Positions 16,729-25,339 of a DNA stretch of 53,940 bases are shown here, piece after piece. Position numbers and translations under genes: made by a program. Below the pieces are notes generated by a model. That model worked only from the letters and a program-made list of their open reading frames with translations. It had not been told where the DNA came from and did no database searches. Each line of letters starts with the position of its first letter. Within the stretch, counting starts at the first letter, position 1. This stretch comes from a virus (lineage: Duplodnaviria > Caudoviricetes): positions 1 to 53,940 of IMG/VR virus record IMGVR_UViG_3300025779_000005. One strand, written 5' to 3'.

Positions 16729-18038
16729 AGCGCTCCAGTGAACCGAACGTTGCTGCCAACGTGTATACCATGAATTGCTTTTGCAGGATGCTCCTCAAGA
16801 TGATCGCGGAGCTTGTCGTGCCATGTGGCTGTGCCTCCGGCAGCCTTCTTTACTTCTGGATCGTAACCCCATTCATTTAATGAATCGCCATTGGTAAAAA
16901 CATCTTTTGCTTTTACCGTCTTGCTTAAAATTTTATATTTTCCACGAAGAACACTATCTCCGTGCATTTTTGCATAAGCCCTAGATGGCGTGACCCAATC
17001 GCCCGGATTAATGGTTGCAATTGACGATGAAACCTCATTTGGTTGTGTTCTTAATTTTTCACGCAAATCATAGGCATTGTCATACCATTGGCTGCCATTG
17101 GTCGTTCCCGCATCCTTAGGAAGCTTTCTTCTTTTTTGATAAGCAGCCATATCAGATTCAAGTTTAACAAGTTTTTCTTGAGCTGATGGTTCATGCGGAA
17201 TAGCACGATAAATTTTAACAGGAGCTTCTGGTCTGCCTTTTAAACGCACTGTATGGCGATATGATTCTTGATCAATAGGATCAGTTTTGTCGCCATAATA
17301 ATGCAGTCCGTTTGGACCATAAAGATCAGCAGGATAAACGCCAGTCGTGTCATGCAACGGCGCTGCCACATCGTCACTGCGCCGAGGCGCTTGATGTCCG
17401 CCACGGTAATCCTCAACGTCGCCGCCGTCGGCCTTGGTGATGTCAGGGTTAATAGGAGTAACGTGTGATCCATTGGGAACAACGGCAGAAATTGACCCAG
17501 AGTCTTCGCCTTCGTTTTTATAATAATAACCGTTTTTGGCATTACCCTTTTTCAAAGCAGCTTGCATATAGCCATTTGCCTTCCAATCCCCGTGAGGTTT
17601 TTGGATAGAATTTGTCATTGGACCAGTAATGCGAAATGGCTTAATAGATGGCTTAACATCCTGAGGTATTGAGTCACCATTTGAATATTTTAATGGCCCT
17701 TTTGGGTGTTCGTGAGGGTAATAATCCTCTTCAGGAGCGTCCACATTGCGCCCGGTTATTCCGTATTTATTACGTTCAAGGATACGTTTTTTACCTGCCA
17801 ACTTAGTGTTTTGGTATTCACGCGTTCCGTCCCACTCGCCCTCAGCGGGAAACCCAATGGTAGAATGAAGCGCGTCTTCTGCCGCTGCTTTTGTGCCAAG
17901 ATGAAGACCTGTCTTCCCGCCGCGCATGTCTCCGCTTACAGAACCATGCCACCAAGTGCTATCATGTTCATTGTTGCGTCCACCGTATGCTTTATGGGGG
18001 GTTGCCTTCACGCTCTTGGCAAGATCCAAAGTATCCAT
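16725..18038 (-). CDS. Two-domain polyvalent protein, both domains ART-like, delimited by KAYGG / KADGG / KAAGG
   Basis: Domain 1: WWHGS...GLHLGT..AA...YYYKNEGED.GSIS.VV. Domain 2: DYRGGHQAP...VKIYRAIP...INPGDWVTPSRAYAKMHG...NEWGY. Confidence 0.6.
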   Translation of the reverse strand: MDTLDLAKSVKATPHKAYGGRNNEHDSTWWHGSVSGDMRGGKTGLHLGTKAAAEDALHSTIGFPAEGEWDGTREYQNTKLAGKKRILERNKYGITGRNVDAPEEDYYPHEHPKGPLKYSNGDSIPQDVKPSIKPFRITGPMTNSIQKPHGDWKANGYMQAALKKGNAKNGYYYKNEGEDSGSISAVVPNGSHVTPINPDITKADGGDVEDYRGGHQAPRRSDDVAAPLHDTTGVYPADLYGPNGLHYYGDKTDPIDQESYRHTVRLKGRPEAPVKIYRAIPHEPSAQEKLVKLESDMAAYQKRRKLPKDAGTTNGSQWYDNAYDLREKLRTQPNEVSSSIATINPGDWVTPSRAYAKMHGDSVLRGKYKILSKTVKAKDVFTNGDSLNEWGYDPEVKKAAGGTATWHDKLRDHLEEHPAKAIHGIHVGSNVRFTGAL

Positions 18039-18039
18039 A

Positions 18040-20358
18040 TCACTGCCTCGTTATCGATGGGATTACGTTTCCAAGAAGGTTGCGCACGACCTGTTCGCTT
18101 TCAGGATGGACGGCAATGTTTTGAGCTAAATCAACCATCTGGATGCGTTCTTTTGCAAGCAGGGCTTCTTCTTCCATCTTGGTTTTCATAACGGCTGAAT
18201 GCATGTCCGCCCCAAGCTCGACACCCTTAAACTTGGTATCCATAACTTTTGCGTCGGCCAGTTTGTTTTTAATGGCAAGTTCCATACGCTCGACATCAGT
18301 TGGCCCTTGTGCGCCAGCCAAACCTTCACGCATCGTGCGAGCCTTATCCATATCAATCTTTGCCTGATCAAGAGCAAGTTTACCCTGAGCGGTCAGAAGT
18401 TTGGTATCGGCATTCTGTTTATCTGTCTGCAACTTAGCCATTGCCTGCTGCATTTCTGGCGGAGGAGTTCCACGGGTAGACGCAGGGATCATAAACTGTT
18501 CTGGGTTAGACCAGCCAACTGCTTGCAACGCAGCCGTATCGATCGCGATAGGATCATACAATGATGGGTTCTGCGCTTGAATTTGCTTCAGTGCCACAAC
18601 TTTCATGAGACGCTGGGTCTGCGATGCCGTGTTAGGATCTGCTTGCGGGACGAGATCAACCTGATCTAGGGCGCGGATGAATGTCTCTTGATCCCAGCGA
18701 CGGGCAGGTTTGCGGTTCTTCTGCCAGAACGATTCTGGGTTTTCACGGAAGCATTGCACCAACAACTGGAACTCTTCAGCCTGCGCCGAGTGCATACGTT
18801 TATGAACGGAGTTTATGACCTTGGTGGCTTGATCAATCAGGGCAATCGTTGTTCCGACCGGAGCGTCACCCTTACCTTCGCCAACTGCCTGTTCAGACGT
18901 ACCGCCAATGCGCATACCAGTCTGGGCCATGTTATCCGTCAACTGCATCAAACCGGCACCAACGTCTTTGTATGGCAAAGGCATGATTGCTTGGTTGATT
19001 GGCATACCGCCAGTTTTAACAAGTGCGCCACCGCCGGGAGGAATGCGGAAGATGTTGGTGTTTTGGCGAGCGCCAGTATCGGCATAGAGGAAGCCGGGAA
19101 AGTTGGCGTACATACCAGCATCAAGCATTTCGCGCCAAGCTGCGGTCAGTGCGTTAGTGGTATTACCAAGGATATGTAGCAAGCCAATATCATAGAAGCC
19201 CATGCCGGGTACGAAAGTATACTTGACAAAGTTCTGCCGTGGTTCTGGAAGATCTTTGGTATCTTCGTCATAGTTGCGAACGATCGAGAGAATTTCTTTC
19301 GACGATGCATCAATGGTTACACGGTATGGAATTTCTAAACCGGTTTCCCGACCTTTGCGCTTATGTTCCATTCCCTTGAGGTTCAACTCGCAGTAGCACT
19401 CGTAGATTTCCCGATCGCGATCTTCAGGATTATTGTTGTCCATCGTGATGCCCTGTTGGGCCTTCTTTTCACGTTGAGCAGCATCAAGCTCCGGCATTTT
19501 TGGAGTTGACAAATCAATGTCTTTGTACACGCCAAGGATCTGCATACGTTTGACGGTTGACGGGCGCATGTAGATACGATGGGTGATACGGGAAGCGTTG
19601 GACAGATCAGTGGCAGAGTTGTTTACAATCAAGTCATCGGCATCGACGCTTTCGCTAACTGGACGACCGCGTAGGGGACAGAAATATATTTTTTTGAACG
19701 CCGTCCCGCCAAAGCCCAACATGAGGAGCATTCGGTCGGTATCAGGGTAATACTCTTTGGCAGTGGCCGTGAGATAGTGGTTGAGATCGTTTTCGAGGTC
19801 GTTGGCAAGCTGATCTGACTGGAGGTCGGCATTGTTGTTGTCCTCGCGGATTTTTACCGGCCCGTCAGTTGGCAGGAGTTCCGACCGTGCATTGGCTTGG
19901 AACCGTAGGACTGCTTCGAGAAGCAATGGGTGACGAACACGAGACATACCTTCAACGGGAGCGCCATCTGCTGCGCCTGCCAATCCGGGGATCTCAACCT
20001 TCAGGCCAAGCAACTTGATGCCCTGCGCTCTGTCGTCAATCCATTCCTTGCGCGATTCAAGATCGTCTTGGATACCTTTGAGCAAGTCAGACGCGATCGT
20101 ACCCAGTTCCATCTGGTCAATGTCATCAACTAGGTTGTCGAACCAATCGCCGCCGGTTTTACCAGCCTTCTCCAGTGGAGAGCCATCAAGCGTCAACGTA
20201 ATAGCGCCATCGGGCGTCTCAATGGTCATGAGGTTGCCGTGCTCGTCCATCCCCTCGGCTGGTTCGCCGTCATCCATGACGATCTCTACGCCGTCCTCAT
20301 TGAACGGTTCATTGATGTCTTGCCCCGGTAGGCGAAGATTAGGAGGTGCGAGCGGCAT
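18040..20358 (-). CDS. Portal protein (P22-like, long C-terminal helical barrel)
   Basis: 772 aa directly after terL; SRKEW, HPLLLEAVLRFQANARSELLP..GPVK, GTAFKK.Y, GFY.IGL.H.LG, APVGTT.AL motifs. Confidence 0.9.
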   Translation of the reverse strand: MPLAPPNLRLPGQDINEPFNEDGVEIVMDDGEPAEGMDEHGNLMTIETPDGAITLTLDGSPLEKAGKTGGDWFDNLVDDIDQMELGTIASDLLKGIQDDLESRKEWIDDRAQGIKLLGLKVEIPGLAGAADGAPVEGMSRVRHPLLLEAVLRFQANARSELLPTDGPVKIREDNNNADLQSDQLANDLENDLNHYLTATAKEYYPDTDRMLLMLGFGGTAFKKIYFCPLRGRPVSESVDADDLIVNNSATDLSNASRITHRIYMRPSTVKRMQILGVYKDIDLSTPKMPELDAAQREKKAQQGITMDNNNPEDRDREIYECYCELNLKGMEHKRKGRETGLEIPYRVTIDASSKEILSIVRNYDEDTKDLPEPRQNFVKYTFVPGMGFYDIGLLHILGNTTNALTAAWREMLDAGMYANFPGFLYADTGARQNTNIFRIPPGGGALVKTGGMPINQAIMPLPYKDVGAGLMQLTDNMAQTGMRIGGTSEQAVGEGKGDAPVGTTIALIDQATKVINSVHKRMHSAQAEEFQLLVQCFRENPESFWQKNRKPARRWDQETFIRALDQVDLVPQADPNTASQTQRLMKVVALKQIQAQNPSLYDPIAIDTAALQAVGWSNPEQFMIPASTRGTPPPEMQQAMAKLQTDKQNADTKLLTAQGKLALDQAKIDMDKARTMREGLAGAQGPTDVERMELAIKNKLADAKVMDTKFKGVELGADMHSAVMKTKMEEEALLAKERIQMVDLAQNIAVHPESEQVVRNLLGNVIPSITRQ

Positions 20359-20361
20359 ACG

Positions 20362-22005
20362 TTAAACCCCATATAGCGGTACGGGCGGAGTACCACGGTG
20401 CAGCTTGGTGTCATCCAATGCCGCCTGTACTTCCTCTGCCCTCTGAATAAACCCAGATCGGCGCAAGTATCGCATAGCCATGGACACTGTGTCCACTAGG
20501 TCATCGTGTTTGGCCTTTGGAAAGCGGATACACTGCTGGATTACCTCGTCAGCCCAAGCCTTGTCGGGAGCGTAAACCAAGCCTTCTTCGAACAAATGCT
20601 GAACAGAATACAGGCGAGATAGCTTGTCGATGGATCCGGGGTTGTCGAGCTGAACGCCGAAGTTTGACCCTGCATAGAGCCTGCGAAGCTCGGTTGCCAC
20701 CGGAATGCCTGCCGCCTTGTCTTCGATTAGGACGCGATCGATTGGAAACTTCTTGCAGGTCCAAGAGATCTTTTCAACCACGCCTGCGAGCTGTAACCGT
20801 TCCTGCCAAGCGTAAATCAACATAACCTTCGGGTGCGGCTGCTTGTAAACACGCTCGATTTTTGACGATTGCGCGACAGGATCCTCAGAGAACACGCCCC
20901 AAACGGTCATAGCGGTATAGTCGTTCTCGGTCTTCTCGGTAAATGCGGTATCCACTGATCCGATGATGAAGTCGAAATCAGGAAACATATTGTCGTTTTC
21001 CCACAACTGCCAGTGGGCTTTTTTGATGATACCACCATCATCTGGCGTTGGCGTCTGCTGGAACTGCCCTGCAACTGCAAAGGATCCCATGATTTTTTTA
21101 TCACGATCAACGACATGGCGAGGAAAACGGGACTGGAATAGAAGTTCGTTCTTCTCCGTGCGCGGGTCTTCATGGCCCAACATTGTTGGCGCGGCGCGTT
21201 CTGGATCGTACTCCATGGGCAACATGATGTGGTCATAACCAAGCTGCTTCTCAATGATTACACCAGAAACGTCCTCTTCATGGAGCCGCTGCATGATAAC
21301 AATGATGGCCGACTTGTCTGGGTTGTTTAGTCGGGTTGGCACTGCCGTCTCGAAGGTATCGATGGTAGACTGCCGTTGTGCTTCAGAGTTGGCACTATCA
21401 ACAGAATGAGGGTCATCGATCAATACGCGATCGCCACGAGCACCTGTCATGCCATCCATAGCAATCGCTTGGCGAAAACCAGTCATTGTGTTTTCAAACT
21501 TGGTCTTCTGGTTTTGATCGCCTGTAAGTTTTACCCTGTCTCCCCAGCGTTCCTGATACCAGTCAGACGATACGAGGCGTCGCATCTTGGTTGAGTCACG
21601 GATAGCGTTGTTCAGGGAGTGCGAGGCGCAGACATAGCGCAGGTGCGGCATATTGCGCGGACCCCATTCCCATGCAGGCCAGAATACGTTGAGCAGCAAG
21701 GACTTCATCATGCCGGGCGGAACGTTGATCAGAAGGCGATTGTAATACTGTTCATCGTTAATCATCACTTCGTCTGTAATGGCCTGCAAGTGCTTGCAAA
21801 TGAACCCAATATGCCAATTATCCGAGTATGGTTGCCCCGGTTCGACCACTTCCCATGCGTATTTGATAAAGTTTTCTAGACTGCGTTCGCATTTTTCCTT
21901 GCGGACATTGAACAGCGACTTAGTGGCATCGACTATTTCGCCTTTTAAACGGATGTGAACGGGCGCGTCGCGATTAGGGGCTATGATACCGGCTTTCTTG
22001 CTCAT
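20362..22005 (-). CDS. terL: Terminase large subunit
   Basis: RLLINVPPGMMKS (Walker A variant), GARGDRVLIDDPH (Walker B), IMQRLHEED, SVDTAF, IEDKAAG, FP.AKHDDLVD (RNase H-like nuclease). Confidence 0.95.
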   Translation of the reverse strand: MSKKAGIIAPNRDAPVHIRLKGEIVDATKSLFNVRKEKCERSLENFIKYAWEVVEPGQPYSDNWHIGFICKHLQAITDEVMINDEQYYNRLLINVPPGMMKSLLLNVFWPAWEWGPRNMPHLRYVCASHSLNNAIRDSTKMRRLVSSDWYQERWGDRVKLTGDQNQKTKFENTMTGFRQAIAMDGMTGARGDRVLIDDPHSVDSANSEAQRQSTIDTFETAVPTRLNNPDKSAIIVIMQRLHEEDVSGVIIEKQLGYDHIMLPMEYDPERAAPTMLGHEDPRTEKNELLFQSRFPRHVVDRDKKIMGSFAVAGQFQQTPTPDDGGIIKKAHWQLWENDNMFPDFDFIIGSVDTAFTEKTENDYTAMTVWGVFSEDPVAQSSKIERVYKQPHPKVMLIYAWQERLQLAGVVEKISWTCKKFPIDRVLIEDKAAGIPVATELRRLYAGSNFGVQLDNPGSIDKLSRLYSVQHLFEEGLVYAPDKAWADEVIQQCIRFPKAKHDDLVDTVSMAMRYLRRSGFIQRAEEVQAALDDTKLHRGTPPVPLYGV

Positions 22006-22445
22006 TCGTCCTCAGACGCCTCTAAAGACGCAGCAAGAGCCTGTTCAATGATATCCAGCGATTCGTCGTCCAGATCTTTTGCTTCAATGACTTTTGTTTC
22101 AATCTTTACAGGTCCACCATCTTTGCCAACCACTTCATTAACGCGGCGCTCTGCGTAATCATCCCGAAAGCGTGAGGAAATGTTCTTTAGCCACAGCTGG
22201 GCGTTAAAATTACGATTATCAAGGCCATTTTGCCCTGCTTCTTCCCACCAATTCTGCGAATATTCCCTTGCTAACGCGAGAGCTGCTGAAAACTCAGGGA
22301 TTTCCTTATTCCAATAATCCAAAGTACCACGAACAGTACCGCAAGCGATTGCCATCTGAGAATACGATTTCCCCAGTTTACCGAGTTCGATGACTGTCTT
22401 GCAGTACTCAGGCTTATACGTCGATGGGCGGCCAACTTTAGCCAT
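22002..22445 (-). CDS. terS: Terminase small subunit
   Basis: GRPSTYKPEYC..HTH..W...PEF, GKDGGPV; overlaps the terL start (ATGA). Confidence 0.88.
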   Translation of the reverse strand: MAKVGRPSTYKPEYCKTVIELGKLGKSYSQMAIACGTVRGTLDYWNKEIPEFSAALALAREYSQNWWEEAGQNGLDNRNFNAQLWLKNISSRFRDDYAERRVNEVVGKDGGPVKIETKVIEAKDLDDESLDIIEQALAASLEASEDE

Positions 22446-22561
22446 GGGGAACCTCCAATTTCACCTACAACATAAGCCATCCCAAGGGATTTTACCAGTC
22501 CCCCTATACAAACGCATGGATATGCACGGATATCTTCAAGTGATAGGTGTAAACTTTGCCC

Positions 22562-22765
22562 TAAGTCATTGATTTTGCTGCTATAGTAATAGTTAATATA
22601 TATATATATATAAATAATAATAAAATCTTACTATCTCTATAGTTCCAAATCGTGTCAGGGTAACTGTATATCTATGAGTATGTATCTCTCTCTAATGAGT
22701 CTAATTCAGGGATATCCTTCCACTTATACATATGACATGTAAAAGCGTTACAAATCAATGCGTTA
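22562..22765. promoter_or_regulatory. AT-rich non-coding region bracketed by two inverted IHF-consensus sites (candidate origin or packaging-initiation region)
   Basis: AATCAATGACTTA (minus, 22574-22562) and AATCAATGCGTTA (plus, 22753-22765) both match WATCAANNNNTTR; (TA)n and TAA runs lie between them. Confidence 0.55.
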
Positions 22766-22847
22766 CATAAAATATTTAAACAAAAACTTTAAACTTTTCC
22801 AAATAAGTATAACTCGTTGATTGTCCAAAATGGGCTTGAAAAGGCAA

Positions 22848-22876
22848 TTGTCATCAATTCGCAACCATTCTATGAT
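22848..22876 (+). promoter_or_regulatory. Sigma70-type promoter for the small ORF and tRNA unit
   Basis: TTGTCA-17 bp-TATGAT. Confidence 0.6.
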
Positions 22877-22995
22877 GGGGTCGTTTCGCAATTTCAACAG
22901 GAGTACCCAAGCCGATGTTATCGACTGCAACCATAATTTCATTTGAATGGGGTGTCGCAATGACCCCTGTAACTGACAACGAACGGAGTGAGACC

Positions 22996-23295
22996 ATGAG
23001 CTGGAACTATCGCGTTATCATGCTGCCAAAGGACGCAGAAGATTCGTTTTCCGAAGACACGTTTGTAATTCGTGAGGTTTTTTACGACGAGAACGACGAG
23101 ATTGAGTTCTGGATGGAAGAAGATTCAGTTCCACTCGGCGAAACGTTTGAAGAGCTGGCTGACGATTTTGACTTGATGGCAGAAGCCTTCGAGAAACCAA
23201 TCCTTATGTTGACCGTTGATGAAGACGGCGAAGAGAAGTTGGTTGAGATCGAAGAGACCAGCAATGACGTTGACATCGCAGACCACGACGAGTAA
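22996..23295 (+). CDS. Acidic conserved phage protein (MSWNYRV... family, 99 aa)
   Basis: GGAG RBS before ATG 22996; MSWNYRVI...IREVFYD...P.GET..EL..D...M.EA..KP.L. Confidence 0.75.
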   Translation: MSWNYRVIMLPKDAEDSFSEDTFVIREVFYDENDEIEFWMEEDSVPLGETFEELADDFDLMAEAFEKPILMLTVDEDGEEKLVEIEETSNDVDIADHDE

Positions 23296-23343
23296 AAAAA
23301 ATAATCCCCCTAGTATGTTCCTGCATCGCACACTGCTAGGGGG
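23294..23343 (-). terminator. Hairpin with flanking A-tract (possible minus-strand terminator or tRNA-leader processing stem)
   Basis: CCCCCTAG...CTAGGGGG inverted repeat (23306-23343) preceded by an A run. Confidence 0.4.
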
Positions 23344-23354
23344 CATGAGTTTTT

Positions 23355-23431
23355 CAAAGTGTAGCGCAGTCTGGTAGCGCATCTGTTTTGGGACCAGAGG
23401 GCCGTAGGTTCAAATCCTACCACTTTGACCA
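23355..23431 (+). tRNA. trnP: tRNA-Pro(TGG)
   Basis: Acceptor CAAAGTG/CACTTTG + A + CCA; D arm GCGC-AGTCTGGTA-GCGC; anticodon loop TT-TGG-GA; T arm GTAGG-TTCAAAT-CCTAC. Confidence 0.93.
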
Positions 23432-23438
23432 TCTATTC

Positions 23439-23526
23439 GAAGAGGCTGCTCAGACGGCGGATGGGCACCGGACTGTAAATCCGGCACATAGAAACGGAGT
23501 TGGTTCGAATCCAACCCTCTTCACCA
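23439..23526 (+). tRNA. trnY: tRNA-Tyr(GTA)
   Basis: Acceptor GAAGAGG/CCTCTTC + A + CCA; anticodon arm CCGGA-CTGTAAA-TCCGG; long variable region; T arm GTTGG-TTCGAAT-CCAAC. Confidence 0.9.
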
Positions 23527-23531
23527 GTTTT

Positions 23532-23598
23532 TCGGGGCATCGTCTAAACAAGTTCCTGCACCTACTGGCAGGCGATGTGGGAGATCCCACTGCTCCGA
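23532..23598 (+). ncRNA. Degenerate tRNA-like cloverleaf
   Basis: Closing stem TCGGGGCA/TGCTCCGA; CCTGC-8 nt-GCAGG arm; GTGGG-AGAT-CCCAC arm; no TTC loop and no CCA. Confidence 0.4.
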
Positions 23599-23799
23599 GA
23601 TAAAGATGGGGGCCGCAACTTGTAAGGATTGTTTACAAGTTAGCCCTCGGACTAGTTGGCCTTGTCTGGTTTGTGTTCTGGCTTGGTCGTGCGGCTGATT
23701 GTCCGTTTGCTGTAAATACAATGCTGCTATGTTGTACGGGGGCATGGCTTAAGACAATGGATGTGCATGAGTGTGTGCTAACCATAGCCCGTACCCCTT

Positions 23800-24732
23800 T
23801 TACATAATGTACTGCCCACGGAACACCGGACGACCGCGAATCATCTCGCATAGTTCTGGCGGCATCAAGTTCCCATCCTCATCAAAGTTAATGACAACAA
23901 AGCCCATTTGCGATCGGCTGGGGGATCCTTCAGCGTACTGGAACTGTGGTCCAAAGGGGTCGGCTAGTGTCCCAGTCTCAATGCCCCATCGTGAGCCGTT
24001 TCTGTCGCGCATAGCAGTCATCTGGAGCTGGTGCGTATGTCCTGTAACCATGCTAATCCCTCCGTGGAGAGCGTTGTTCCAACCTGCATGGATGCCGCCT
24101 CGGAAACGGTGTCTGATTTCAACGGTGTTGTTAAGTTCGAATGCCCATGCGATTTCCCAGTCGGTAAAGTGCTCTTGGAGGGACATGATATATCCGTCAA
24201 GTTCATTGGCGTTAGAGGCAACGTAATTATCGATTCGGACGTCGTGGTTCCCCATGGTCCAGAGGCGGTGTTTGGTCTTGGGGAGCATTTTAAGCCACTT
24301 CTTGGCAGTCTCGATTTCTTTCTCGATTTTTGGCGCTTTGCTGCCGCGTACTGACGGGTGGCGTGAAATCCTAGCGCCATCGATAATGTCTCCGTTCAGA
24401 ATGATACCATCTGGTTTGAGAGACTTGCATACTTTTACGAAGGCTTTGTAAATCAGGGGCGGGTCGCCATCCCAAATGTGGAGATCAGAACCAATTACCC
24501 ACTGCGTGTTTGGGACATCTTTTGTGATGATACGGGGATAGGTCCACCGGCCAGTGATGTTTTTTTCTGGGGAACCATTAGGGAACTGCTCTCTGGCGCG
24601 GCCTAACCGGTGATCAAATGTCTGCCGTGGAATGTTTAGGGACCGAGCGGCTGCAGAGACGTTGTTGTTGCAATCTTCAAAGACGCGCAGTGTTTCAAGA
24701 AGAAGTTCAAAGCTAATTGGTTGGGTAGGCAT
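23800..24732 (-). CDS. HTH-fused calcineurin-like metallophosphoesterase
   Basis: N-terminal NNNVSAAARSLNIPRQTF (Fis-type HTH); GSDLH, NGDIID, GNHD, H, GHTH motifs; start reassigned to MPTQ (GGAGAA RBS). Confidence 0.85.
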   Translation of the reverse strand: MPTQPISFELLLETLRVFEDCNNNVSAAARSLNIPRQTFDHRLGRAREQFPNGSPEKNITGRWTYPRIITKDVPNTQWVIGSDLHIWDGDPPLIYKAFVKVCKSLKPDGIILNGDIIDGARISRHPSVRGSKAPKIEKEIETAKKWLKMLPKTKHRLWTMGNHDVRIDNYVASNANELDGYIMSLQEHFTDWEIAWAFELNNTVEIRHRFRGGIHAGWNNALHGGISMVTGHTHQLQMTAMRDRNGSRWGIETGTLADPFGPQFQYAEGSPSRSQMGFVVINFDEDGNLMPPELCEMIRGRPVFRGQYIM

Positions 24733-24748
24733 AGTGTTCTCCGAACAT

Positions 24749-24775
24749 AAAAAAAGAGCCCCCCGAAGGGAGCCC
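24749..24775 (-). terminator. Intrinsic terminator immediately upstream of the phosphoesterase RBS
   Basis: GGGCTCCC-TTCG-GGGGGCTC followed by T7. Confidence 0.75.
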
Positions 24776-24780
24776 ATAAG

Positions 24781-24915
24781 TCAAAGGAGGTGCCCAATAC
24801 GGGCGTGGATCATCTTATTCAACTTCTTAACACGCGCAAGGTTATTGCTACGCATAGCGTACACAAGGGCTATAAACATGGCATGAAGAGGGATGTCAGA
24901 AATCTTCTTACTCAC
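24781..24915 (-). CDS. Small hypothetical protein (44 aa)
   Basis: GTG overlapping the upstream TGA; MSKKISDIPLHAMFIALVYAMRSNNLARVKKLNKMIHARIGHLL. Confidence 0.5.
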   Translation of the reverse strand: MSKKISDIPLHAMFIALVYAMRSNNLARVKKLNKMIHARIGHLL

Positions 24916-25157
24916 TGTAATGTAACCTTTTGCATACGATAATCTGTGAATGGGTCAAACTGGTAAACGGTATAAGCAACATCGGCGCACTGTAAGGCAT
25001 AATCAGACTCTTGTTGTCCACATATGACACCCACGAAACATAACGCCTCTTCGACGTGTTTTAATCGCATAGCGGCAATTCTTAGCAGATCAGCATCTGA
25101 TTCCTCATCGTTGTTCGACTTGGCATATAGCTGTTTGATAAGAATGTCGCTGCTCAT
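24912..25157 (-). CDS. Hypothetical protein
   Basis: 81-aa ORF, translationally coupled (TAATG) to the upstream gene. Confidence 0.65.
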   Translation of the reverse strand: MSSDILIKQLYAKSNNDEESDADLLRIAAMRLKHVEEALCFVGVICGQQESDYALQCADVAYTVYQFDPFTDYRMQKVTLQ

Positions 25158-25339
25158 TAAAGAACCTTACGTGGTAGTTTGCCTTGCAATTTGAATGCCC
25201 TGTGGAGAGCCTGCCTGTGGACGCCGAGATATTTAGCCGTTTGAGCCATTGATTTTCCACCGTATATCATTTGTAGAGCGTCATCCAGATAGTCAACGGT
25301 ATATTTTCTATACGTTCCTTTAATACGTCCGCGTGGCAT
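25157..25339 (-). CDS. Small HTH DNA-binding protein
   Basis: ALQMIYGGKSMAQTAKYLGVHRQALHR; GGAGAA RBS. Confidence 0.7.
   Translation of the reverse strand: MPRGRIKGTYRKYTVDYLDDALQMIYGGKSMAQTAKYLGVHRQALHRAFKLQGKLPRKVL

Noticed and set aside
22590-22625. (TA)n tract as an independent repeat element, and ORF 22763-22960
   Set aside because: The tract is short and best treated as part of the AT-rich region; the ORF lacks an RBS and overlaps a promoter.
23532-23598. Amber-suppressor tRNA / stop-codon recoding (CTA in the loop of the tRNA-like element)
   Set aside because: The loop is 8 nt without the U-turn context, and there is no T-loop or CCA. Genes are intact under the standard code and TAG is used as a normal stop (for example the endolysin).
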